A DNA stretch of 63,917 nucleotides, the filler included, from Chiloscyllium plagiosum (taxonomy: Eukaryota): the NCBI RefSeq assembly GCF_004010195.1. It is 5 parts of one record of this genome, joined end to end, with 100 filler letters (N's around TTAATTAATTAA, not from the genome) between each part and the next. Parts side by side here need not be neighbours in the genome. Positions count along the whole stretch, not along the records: positions 29,412 to 59,644 come from NC_057712.1; positions 59,745 to 63,917 come from NC_057712.1; 3 more parts are not named here. One strand, written 5' to 3'. Within the stretch, counting starts at the first letter, position 1. Each line of letters starts with the position of its first letter. Made by a program: the position numbers and the translations under genes. Shown in pieces: positions 53,640 to 63,917 of this stretch. Under the pieces are notes generated by a model. It searched no databases. It saw only the letters and a list, made by a program, of their open reading frames with translations, and had not been told where the DNA came from.

Positions 53640-56600
53640 TACGTATGTGGCTAGTCCAGTTCAATTTTTGGTTATGGTGACTCTCTGGATGTTGATTATG
53701 AAAAATTCAGCAACGTAAATGCTATTGAATACCAAGTTGTGATGGAGATTCTCTCTTGTTGGCGATGGTCATTGCCTGGCACTTGTGTGGCACGAATATT
53801 GCTTTCCATTTGTCAATCCAAGCTTGGATATCATCAGGCCTTGTTGCACTTGAACATGTACCGCTTAATTTTCTGAGGAATTGCTGAACATTGTGAAACC
53901 ATCAGCAAACATACACACTTCTGACACGATCATTGGTGGAGCAGCTGAAGATGGTTGGATCTAGGACGCTACTCTGAGGTACACCTGCTTTAATAGCCTG
54001 TGGCTAAAATTATTAATTTACAACAATAAAAGCCATCTTCCTTTGTGCTAAGTATGACTCTAACCAGTTTACCCCTGATTCCCATTAACCCTATTTTTGC
54101 GAGGGCTCTCTTGATGCCACACTCATTCAAGTAGTCTTGATGTCAAGGGCAGTCAGGCTCACCTCACCTCTGGAGTTCTACCCCCTTTGTCCATGTATGA
54201 ACCAATGATGTAAAGAGCTGAGTGAACCTGGTAGAACCCAAACTAAATTACAGTAAAGAGGTTATTGCTAAGTAAGTGCTGTGTGACAACATTGTTGATT
54301 ACCCTTTCCAACACTTTACTGATGATCAAGAGCAAGCTGACGGAGCAGTAATTGGCTCAGTCAGCTTTTTCCTGCTCTTTGTATACATACAAATACATAT
54401 ATATATGGGCAATTTTCTACATTGTTAGTTAGATGTTGCTTCTAGATGCTAGATGCAAGGAAGTAAACATGTGGCTAAGAGATTGGTGTGGAAAGAGGGT
54501 TTCCATTTCATGGGACATTGGTATTAGTTTTGGAACCGGGGCGATCTGTACCTATGGGACGGTCTCCACCTGAACTGATCTGGAACCAGTGGTCACTAGA
54601 ATTTTAAACTTGTGAATCGGGGGAAGGGAAAGGGAAAGCAACATGGAATATGGAGACAATTAGAAAGATAAGCAGCAGGTTAGCATGTGTGCAGAGTTTA
54701 AGTTCAAGACAGATGAAGAATGAAGCAAAAAGGAAGGATAACTTAGGTAGAGGTGATGGAAATCTTGAAGATAAGAAAATTAGCATTAAGGTGCTTTACC
54801 TGAATGCTCGAAGCATTCGTAACAAAGTAAATGAATTAACCCAGCACAAATCATCATAAGTGATTATGATGTGGTAGGCATCATAGAGGCATAGTTGCAG
54901 GGTGTTCAGGACTGACAGTTAAACATCCAAGGATTTATAACTTATCAAAAAGACAGGGAGATGAGCAGAGGGGGCAGGGTTGCCCTGTTAGTCAAGAATG
55001 AAATTAAATCTATGACATTAAATGATATAGGGTCAGATGATGTGGAGACTGTGTGAGTGGAGTTGACGAACCACAAAGGCAAAAATACCATAATGGGAGT
55101 TTTGTACAGGCCTCCCAGCAGTGGTTAGGACCAGGGAAGCAAGATGTCGTAGGAAATAGATAGGGCATGTCAGAAAGGGAAGGTCACAGTGATCATGGGG
55201 GACTTCAATATGCAAATGGACTGGGTGAATAATGTTGCCGGTGGATCCAAAGAAAGCGAATTCATGGAATGCTTACAAGATGGGTTTTTGGAACAGCTTG
55301 TGATGGAACCCACAAGGGAGCAGGCTATTCTGGACTTCGTGCTATGTAATGAGCCAGACTTTATAAAAGATCTTAAAGTCAGGGAACACTTAGGAAGCAG
55401 CGATCATAACATAGAACATTACAGCGCAGTATAGGCCCTTTGGCCCTCGATGTTGTGCCGCCCTGATATACTAATCTGAAGCCCATCCCACCTACACTAT
55501 TCCATGTACGTCCATTTGCCTGTCCAATGACAATATGGTAGAGTTTAGTCTGCAGTTCGAAAGGGAGAAGGCAAAATCAGATATAATAATGTTATAGTTA
55601 AATGAAGATAATTAAAGGGGCATGAGAAAAGAACTGATGAAGATTGACTGGAAGCAGAACCTAGTGGGGAAAACAGTAGAGCAACAATGGCAGGGGTTTA
55701 TGGGTGTAATTGAGGACACAGTATTGAGGTACATCCCAAAGAAAAGAAAGATTACCCGGGGGCATGGGGTTAGTAATTAGACAACCATGGCTGATGAAGG
55801 AACTCAGGAGATGTATCACAGAAAAAGAGAGAGCCTATAAAGTGGCCAAGAGCACTGGGAAATCAGAAGATTGGGAAGATTACAAAAATAAACAGAGGAT
55901 AACAAAGAGAGAAATAAGGAAGGAGAGAATCAACAATGAAAGAAAGCTAGCCAGTAATATTAGAAATTATAGTAAAAATTTCTTTAAATACATAAGAAAC
56001 AAATGAGAGGCAAAAGTAGAGATTGGGCCACTCCAAATTGATACAGGAATGTTAGTGATGGGAGATAAGGAAATAGCTGAAGAACTTAATAAATACTTTG
56101 TGTCAGCCTTCACAGTGGAAGACATGAGCAATATCCCAACAATTAAGGACAGTCAAGGGGCAGAGTTGAGTATGGTGGCCATTACAAAGGAGAAAGTACT
56201 TGATAAACTAAAAGGTCTAAAAACTGATAAATATCCTGGCTCAGATGGGCTACATCCTAGAGTTATGAGGGAGGTGGCTGAAGAAACAGTGGAGATGTTG
56301 GTTGTAATCTTTCAAAAATCACTGGAGTCAGGGAAAGTCCCAGATGATTGGAAAATTGCAGTTGTAACCCCCTTGTTCAAGAAAGGATCAAGACAAAAGA
56401 TTGAAAATTATAGGCCAATTGGCCTAACCTCGGTTGTAGATAAAATTCTAGAATCCATCGTTAAGGATGAGATTTCTAAATTCTTGGAAATACAGGGTCG
56501 AATTAGAACAAATCAGCATGGATTTAGTAAGGGGAGGTCATGCCTGATAAACCTGTTAGAATTCTTTGAAGAGGTAACAAGTAGGTTAGGTCAGGGAAAC

Positions 56601-58190
56601 CCAGTGGATGTTATCTACTTAGATTTCTAAAAGGCCTTTGATAAGGTGCCTCATGGGAGGCTGCTGAGTAAGGTGAGGGCGCATGGTGTTTGAGGTGAGC
56701 TACTGGCATGGATTGAGGATTAGCTATCTGACAGAAGGCAGAGAGTTGGAATAAAATGTTCTTTTTCAGAATGGCAGATGGTGACAAATGGTGTCCCGCA
56801 GAGTTCAGTATTAGGGCTGAAACTGTTCACTTTCTATATAAATGATTTGGATGAAGAAACTGGGGCAATTCTGGCAAAGTTCGCCGATGATACGAAGTTA
56901 GGTGGACAGGCAGGTAGTTCTGAGGAGGTGGGGAGACTACTGACAGATTTATCAGTTTAGGAGAATGGTCCAAGAAATTACTGATGAAATTCAATGTGAG
57001 CAAATGTGAGGTCTTACACTTTGGAACAAAGAACACAGGCATGGACTAATTTATAAACTGTGAGAAAATTCATAAAGCCAAAGTACAAAGGGATCTGGGA
57101 GTGCTAGTACAAGATTCTCTAAAGGTTGACTTGCAGGTCGAGTCCATGGTTAAGAAAGCAAATGTAATGTTGTCATTTATTTCAAGAGGGTTGGAATGTA
57201 AAAGCAGTGATGTGCTACTGAAAATTTATAAAGCTCTGGTTAGACCCCATTTAGAATACTGTGTCCAGTTTTGGGCCCCACATCTCAGGAAGGACATACT
57301 GGCACTGGAGCGTGTCCAGCAGGGATTCACATGGATGATCCCTGGAATGGTAGGCTTAACATACGATGATTGGCTAAGGATCCTGGGATTGTATTCATTA
57401 GAGTTTAGAAGGTTGAGGGGAGATCTAATAGAAACTTACACGATAATGCATGGCTTAGAAAGGGTGAATTCTGGAAAATTGTTTCCGTCAAGGAGGGATT
57501 CTAAGCACAGCCTTAGAATTAGAGGATGTCAATTTAAAACGGAAATGAGGAGACATTTCTTCAGCCAGAGAGTGGTGAGCCTGGGGAATTCACTGCCACG
57601 GAGCCCAGTGGAGGCTGGGACGTTAAATGTCTTCAAGGCAGAGATTGATAAATTCTTAATCTCGCAATGAATTAAGGGATACGGGGAGAATGTGGGTAAG
57701 TGGCATTGAAATGCTAATCAGCCATGATTGAATGGGGGAGTGCACTCGATGGGCTGAACGCCCTTACTTCCACTCCTATTTCTTATGGTCTTATGGTCTT
57801 ACACTAGAACAGCTCGGCTAGAGGCACAGCAGGTTCAGGAGCACAAATCCTCAGTATCAGTCCTGGAATGTTGTCAGGGCCCCATGGCTTTTGCAATATC
57901 CAGTCCCTTCAGCCATTTCTTGATATCACATAGAATGAATCAAATTGACTGAAGACTGGCATTAGTGATGCAGGAGACTTTCACAGGAGGAAAGTTGGAT
58001 CATTCACTTGGCACTTCTGTCTGAAAATTATTGCATGTGATTCAACCTTATCCTTTGCACTGATGCACTGGGCTTCACTATCATTGAGAATGGGAATATT
58101 TGTGGAGCCTTCTCTTCCAGTGATACATTTAATCATCCATCACCATTCTCAACTGGTAGGACTTCAGAACGTAGATCAGAATCATTGCTT
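53640..58190 (-). mobile_element. Old second-family LINE split by the 54445-57801 CR1
   Basis: Degenerate segments 53640-54435 and 57803-58190 appear collinear. The first resembles 27600-27830 and 38850-39050. Confidence 0.6.
54445..57801 (+). mobile_element. Longest CR1 copy: ORF1 end plus near-complete ORF2 (APE and RT), multiple stops
   Basis: Encodes DLYLWDGLHLN, LYLNARSIRNK, IMGDFN, LGSSDH, NYRPIGLTS, KFADDTK and RPHLEYCVQFWAP. (TCTTATGG)n tail. A small antisense CR1 tail is inserted near 55407-55530. Confidence 0.93.
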
Positions 58191-58478
58191 GTGGAAAGTA
58201 AATCAAATGCTTTCCTTGATTGGACCAGATATCGAATGAAGATGCAGGGATGTTATGTTGGAACTACATAAGACCCAAGTTTGGCCAGAGTTGGAATTTT
58301 GTCTATAGTTTCGTCATCATATTACAGGAAAGACATAATTACTCTGGACAGACTATAGAGGAGATTTACAAAAATGTTGCCAGTTCTTGACAATTGTTGA
58401 GATGTTTAATTTAGATCAATGTGAGGTGCTGCATTTTGGGAAAGTAAATCTTAGCAAGACTTATACACTTAATGGTAA

Positions 58479-59071
58479 TGTGGGATATAGATGAATTAAT
58501 GTTATTTCTGCAACTATAACTTCTGATACAGAACAAGAATGAGGAAATATATATATTCAGCAAAAAAAATGATATGTTAGCATGAGACATGATTATAGAA
58601 CAATGGTAGATGTATGGGCAAACAGGAAAAACATCTGTTTCCCACTTGTACAGAGACACAGGAACAAACCCCAATTAAAAGGGCTTAGTGATAAGATGCT
58701 GTGAGGGGCAGCGCAGATGGAGGGAGTAGATAATGGTAAGCAAAGGATGGGATGACGTCAAACAACCTTATGGGGGGGCCAGAGATAGGCATTTGTCACA
58801 GACAAGACTGGATAAACAGAAGTTGTGGGATCAGTCTTAAGGAAATGAATGACGTAAGCTGAGGATGGGGGCAAACAATGAAATAAGAAAAAAATATGGG
58901 GATTCAAACTGTATAAATTTCGAGAGTTTGTTGGATTTGATGTGCATTTGTCATTGCCTTACCTGGCATTAGACGTTGCACCCACTTGCAAGTGTACAAA
59001 TAAACGACACTGTTTCAGATTTTTGGTCTCGGACTGAAATTATTGAAGTGAGTGAGCTTTTGTTTCTCACA
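58479..59071 (+). mobile_element. 5' LTR of an endogenous retrovirus
   Basis: TGTGGGA...TCTCACA termini, TGACGTCA at 58753, TATAAA at 58912 and AATAAA at 58999. Interrupts a CR1 at aatggtaa and is followed directly by a PBS. Confidence 0.85.
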
Positions 59072-59073
59072 AT

Positions 59074-59092
59074 TGGGGGCTGTCCGGGATTT
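59074..59092 (+). promoter_or_regulatory. Primer binding site complementary to tRNA-Pro
   Basis: TGGGGGCT-GTCCGGGATTT matches the MLV-type PBS-Pro TGGGGGCTCGTCCGGGAT(TT) with a 1-nt deletion, 2 nt after the LTR CA. Confidence 0.9.
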
Positions 59093-59376
59093 TCTTCCAT
59101 CGCCGGGGGGAGTGGCTGGCCTTGGACACTGGGAAGACGCGTCCCGAAGCCCATTGAGGAGTGGTCTCGTGTCCTGGTTTGGTCTGCTCCCTTGGATGAC
59201 TGGTGTGAATCCTACAAGAGAGACATCTGAATCAGACAGTGACGGGAGGTTGATAGACAATACGGAAAAAAGGGGCCTGTGCACAGACCAGGGTAAGAAA
59301 ATTGACTTTTAAGTATTGCTTTGGTGGCTGGGATTGAGTTTTAGTAGTTAATAAGGGACTAACGAAGGAACTCAAT

Positions 59377-59644
59377 ATGGATTGTGCTGTGGGTAAGGAA
59401 AAAGCCTCTGGGAAAACAAAGTAAGGAAAAGGCAATGGAAATGGAGGCGTGGTCCCTTACAACATACCTCCAGAAAGTCCTTTGGGCAGGATGTTGTGGA
59501 ATTGGCAAAATAATACTTGTACAAGGGAGAAAGATGATTAAATATTGTTGCTTTGTATGGACTAAGGAATCCATTCTTCGTCCCGCTGTCTTCTGGCCAA
59601 AGTACAGATCGGACGAAGACTGGGTTTGTAAATATCTGAATTTA
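59377..59644 (+). pseudogene. gag: Disrupted ERV gag N-terminus (matrix-like), truncated by a gap
   Basis: MDCAVGKEKASGKTK*...IPPESPLGRMLWNW, then a frameshift near 59530 to KMIKYCCFVWTKESILRPAVFWPKYRSDEDWVCKYLNL. The SPLG..L..W, YC...W and WP..S motifs are typical of class I ERV matrix. Confidence 0.8.
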
Positions 59645-59744
59645 NNNNNNNNNNNNNNNNNNNNNNNNNNNNNNNNNNNNNNNNNNNNTTAATTAATTAA
59701 NNNNNNNNNNNNNNNNNNNNNNNNNNNNNNNNNNNNNNNNNNNN

Positions 59745-60018
59745 AGAGGGGAAAGATATAAAAGAGACCTAAGGGGCAACTTTTTCACGCAGAGTTGGTA
59801 CATGTATGGAATGAGCTGCCAGAGGATGTGGTGGAGGCTTGTACAATTGCAACATTTAAGAGGCATTTGGATGGGTATATGAATAGGAAGGGTTTGGAGG
59901 GATATGGGCCGGGTGCTGGCAGGTGGGACTAGATTGGGTTGGGATATCTGGTCGGCGTGGACAGGTTGGACTGAAGGTTCTGTTTTCATGCAGTACATCT
60001 CTATGACTCTATGATTCT
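59745..60018 (+). mobile_element. CR1 3' end, possibly the continuation of the CR1 at 58405-58478
   Basis: gagacctaaggggcaacttttt...tggaatgagctgccagagg and a (ctatga)n tail. Confidence 0.88.
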
Positions 60019-60029
60019 AACTGCTTGAA

Positions 60030-60960
60030 ATAATTGGCAACATATTGTTTGCCTTCCTACTTGCTCGCTGCACCTTCAAGCTAATATTTAGGGACTCGTG
60101 AATAAGGATACTTCATATGTTTGGACACCCCGTCTCTCATCATTTAATTATATATCATTTGTATGCCTCTTCACTGCCATCTGGGTAATTAGGGATGGGC
60201 AATAATTGCTGGCCTAGCCATTAATTCCCTTAACCTGGGAATGAATAAAACAAAAAAAAATCATTTAAATATTCTGGCTTTTTATATTTGCCACTGAGGT
60301 GAACGTCCTCACACTTGTTTACATTATATTCCATCTGCCATATTTTGGTCCATTCACTTAGCCTGTCCAACTCTGTTAAAGCCTCTTTGCACCCTCCTCA
60401 CAACTTGCACTCCTGTCCATTTTGGTGTCATCAACAAATTTAGAAATATTAACAATTGATCTCCATATCCAAATCATTTAGATTGTGAACAGTTATGGAC
60501 CTAGTTCTGACACTTGTGGTACCCCCATTAATAATAACCTGCTATCCTGAGAATGATCCATTTGTTCCTGTTCTGTGTTCCATTTACTAGCCAATTCTGA
60601 ATCCATACTAGAACATTTCCCCTCAACCCCGTGTACTCTGGTTGTATTTCCTAAAGCCTTTTGAAAATCCAAGTAAGCCATAATCACTGGTTCTCCTTTG
60701 TCTATGCTACAAATAACTTCAAAAAAAAACTTCCAACATGTCTGTCAAACATGATTTCCCTTTCAACAATTTGGTCTTGATTATGCCCAATTTTGCCAAA
60801 GGACTCTAAATGTCCTTTATAATTGATTCTCACATTTTCCCTATCATGAACATAAAGTTTGCAGTTTTCAGTTCTCCCTCTTTCTTCTTAAATAGTGAGG
60901 TTGCATTTACTATATTCCAGGAAACTTTTCAGAATTGATAGGATTATGAAAGATAATCTG
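60030..60960 (-). mobile_element. Degenerate CR1 RT region
   Basis: Encodes AYLDFQKA and GVPQVSELGP. Confidence 0.7.
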
Positions 60961-61779
60961 TATTGCTTTTTCTTCATCACTATGTAAAGTTCATCTGGTC
61001 TAGGGGATTTATCAATCCTGAAGGACATTAGTGAATCAGATCGGTTATTTTGAAATCAACAATGGATTCATGGTTATCATTAGACTTTTAATTCCAGATT
61101 TTTGTTGAATTCAAATTCTACTATTTGCCATGGTGGGATTTTAACCTGGGTCCCAGAATGTTACCTGGGTCTCTTGATTAGCAGTCCAGCGATAATACCA
61201 GGAAGCCATGAGTATACGTGCATTTTCAATTAGTTTTTCAAACCTTGAAGTTAAGGAATGGGGTCAGTAGTTTTGTGTATTTAAAAGAAAGGTAGGGAAA
61301 AGCAGTGCTGTTGCCTAGTGACTGGGCACAAATGCAAAAAAAAAGCCTAGAAGAGAGTCACTCAGTCTGTGTACGTACCCGAGAATGGAGGCAGGTGTGA
61401 TAAACGCTGTAGTAGACTGTTGGAAACTGAGTTAAAGGAACTCCGGTTTGTTCTGAGGTGTAAGTAATATTAGGTTGAGTTTGCAGTTTACTTTATCAGA
61501 TATCAGATGAAGTAAATGTATAGAGTCAACATGTAGAAATTCAATGGAAGGAAACTGATTACAGTTATGTCAGCCTGAGCAAGAAGTTGCGGTGTAGAAA
61601 TAGTGGTAAACCCTTTGCTGGGATTTGGTGTTTGTAAGGATATACAGGGAGAAAAGGAATACTGTCGGTTGAATCCTTTTGTGATGTTTGTGATGGAATC
61701 ATTCCAATCTTTTAATGTCGGGTAATATAGTTCTTGTTTGATCTTGTCGTTAAACTATATTTGTAGTGAAAATACACTG

Positions 61780-62550
61780 GTAACCAGAAGCAAGATTAGG
61801 CCATTCAGCCCCTCAAGCCCCTGCCTTCCCATTCTATAAAATCACGTCTGACTTGCTGCATGCCTCGACTTATTTTGTCTGAGCTCCTCATAGCCCTCAG
61901 CATTCTATTTCAAAAGTCTCCCTACCTCCTCTTCAAACACTTTCAATGATCTAGTCTCTGCAACTAGAGAATTTATTACCCTCCAGGAGAAGAAATAAGT
62001 GTCCCCTTATTCAGTACTATGTGCCCTAGCTTGAGATTACTTGTGGAACCACCTTTGCAACTTCTATTCTGGCAAGCCCCTTCAGAATGCTGAGTGTTTC
62101 AATCAGATCACCTGTCCTTCTTCTCGTCAATCACTCCTTCATCCCATCAATCAATCTAGTGAGTCCCTTTTGAACTGTCTCCAATGCCAATCTGTCCTTT
62201 CTCAAATACAGGAACCATAACAGAACGCAGTGCTAAAAAGCACTGCACAGTTGTAACAAGATATCCCTGTTTTCAAACTCCAACCTGCTAACAATAAAGG
62301 CCAAAATTCCATTTGCTGCCGTAATTACATGCTGCACCTACATGCTAAAATTTGGGTTTTGTATACCTGAACATCCAGATCCTTCCGTGCTGCATTTATT
62401 TTGGAATCTCTCTCCATTTAAATAATAGTCTGCCTTTTGATTCTTCTTGCCAAAGTAATCACCTCATACGCTCCTACATTAAACTCCATCTGCCAAGATT
62501 TTGCCCACTCACTCAACCGACCTGCACCTCCTTCAGATTGCTTGTTGTGT
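61780..62550 (-). mobile_element. Degenerate CR1 3' part
   Basis: Encodes RLSEWAKSWQMEFNV, plus CR1 3' UTR motifs. Confidence 0.7.
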
Positions 62551-62900
62551 TGATCATGGCGAACACAAAACAAGAACAGGCTTTCTGCAGTTAACAAGAA
62601 CAACCATTTATCACAAATTGATGGATTCTAATCACAGGTAAACAACTATAAACTGTCCACATGTAACTCGTCTGGTTAAAACTGTATCCCTTTTGGCTGG
62701 CGATATAAAATAGGTGGCAATATTGATTTAAAAATACTCGAGCGATTGATTTTTTTTCTCCCTGATCCAGGAAAGGAGTAAACCTGATAAACATTGATGT
62801 GCATGCATTATTCATTTCCCACGATTTGCATCTTTGTGCTTGGAATTAATAATGCCAGATATTATTAACCCATCCTGATGATGGGTTACGGTTCCATTAA

Positions 62901-63224
62901 GGGTGGCACGGTGGCACAGTGGTTAGCACTGCTGCCTCACAGCACCAGAGACCTGGGTTCAAATCCCGCCTCAGGCGACTGACTGTGTGGAGTTTGCATG
63001 TTCTCTCTGTGTCTGCGTGGGTTTGCTCCGGGTGCTCCGGTTTCCTCCCAAAGATGTGCTGGTCAGGTGAATTGGCCATGCTAAATTGCCTGTAGTGTTA
63101 GGTGAAGGGGTAAGTGTAGGGGTATGGGTGGGTTGCGCTTCGGCGGGTCGGTGTGGACACGTTGGGCCAAAGGGCCTGTTTCCACACTGTAGGTAATCTA
63201 ATCTGTAGGTAATCTAATCTAATC
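62901..63224 (+). mobile_element. HE1-type SINE, full length
   Basis: A-box-like tggcacagtggttagc, B-box gggttcaaatccc and (taatc)n tail. Confidence 0.9.
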
Positions 63225-63563
63225 AAATTAGGTGTCATGTTCAGACAACCAATTAAGAATAAGGCTGTGTTTCTGCATTTCCCTGGGAGGCCTCTTGATA
63301 CCTTTTTAGTAGCCATACTTGGCTTGATTCAGTGGTTTTGCTGTGATTGGTCAATGGGAAATGACCAAGGCTGAAATGTGTCCATCTTCCATCGAGAGTG
63401 ACCTATGTGGCAGCTGCCAAAACTCCCCAGTTGAAGCTGGAGGGATTTGGAACACAGTCTAATATGGAGTCAAGGGACTGACTGCAGGGATACCTCTATT
63501 TTATGTAAGCTCAAAAATGAATGCCTGTTCGTCATCTTATTCACTCTTTTTGGTTTCTTTCAG

Positions 63564-63633
63564 GTGGAAAGCGAAAATAACACAATCGTTTGCACACGCT
63601 GTAGAAAGTTGCTGGGAATTGTGTCTTCATCAG
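63564..63633 (+). CDS. UBE3D: Internal coding exon (70 bp, phase 0 to 1) of a UBE3D-like E3 ubiquitin ligase gene
   Basis: Polypyrimidine tract plus CAG acceptor (tcactctttttggtttctttcag) and CAG|GTATGA donor. Translation VESENNTIVCTRCRKLLGIVSSS+G aligns without gaps to human UBE3D as I recall it (EPKANTKVICKRCKVMLGETVSSE), sharing CxRCxxxLG..SS. Identity is from memory, not a search. Confidence 0.78.
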
Positions 63634-63812
63634 GTATGATATGCATTTATTTCTCATACGCTCAGTGACTTCTGCCCCTCCCCCCCACTGCGCGAAAATA
63701 ACACAATCGTTTGCACACGCTGTAGAAAGTTGCTGGGAATTGTGTCTTCATCAGGTATGATATGCATTTATTTCTCATACGCTCAGTGACTTCTGCCCCT
63801 CCCCCCCACTGC
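63571..63812 (+). repeat. Perfect 121-bp tandem duplication of the exon 3' part and intron start
   Basis: 63571-63691 is identical to 63692-63812. A second CAG|GTATGA donor lies at 63754/63755. Confidence 0.95.
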
Positions 63813-63917
63813 TGTGTTTGCCACCACTTCCACCCCCACCAACGCCACTCACCTGCATTCTGCTGACATGCCCCCCACATGTCCCACTGTCACCATCCCC
63901 GCCCCCCAGAACCCTGA

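Noticed and set aside
54445..57801. Active or domesticated reverse transcriptase gene
   Set aside because: Many stops and frameshifts plus a nested insertion; an ordinary dead CR1.
62901..62975. tRNA gene-like A and B boxes
   Set aside because: They are SINE heads continuing into the HE1 body, not free tRNA genes.

Overview
Eukaryotic genomic DNA, most likely from a shark (elasmobranch), inferred from HE1-type SINEs and HER1/CR1-type LINEs. No prokaryotic genes, CRISPR or operons are present. The window is almost entirely intronic and transposon-rich. The only host coding exon I can support is a 70-bp exon at 63564-63633 (+) resembling UBE3D, followed by a perfect 121-bp tandem duplication that copies its splice donor. 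The rest comprises many decayed CR1 LINEs, a second CR1/Crack-like LINE, three SINE types, the 5' end of a class I endogenous retrovirus (LTR, tRNA-Pro PBS, broken gag), and at least four Penelope-like element (PLE) families. The PLE pLTRs carry minimal hammerhead ribozymes and often occur as short hairpin insertions with 12-19 bp target-site duplications. Four gaps contain an artificial TTAATTAATTAA linker, so adjacency across them is not guaranteed. I see no evidence for a wholly new biological system; the best leads are the ribozyme hairpin mini-elements, the ERV and the duplicated exon end. Repeat boundaries were estimated by eye and family names come from recalled motifs, not database searches.
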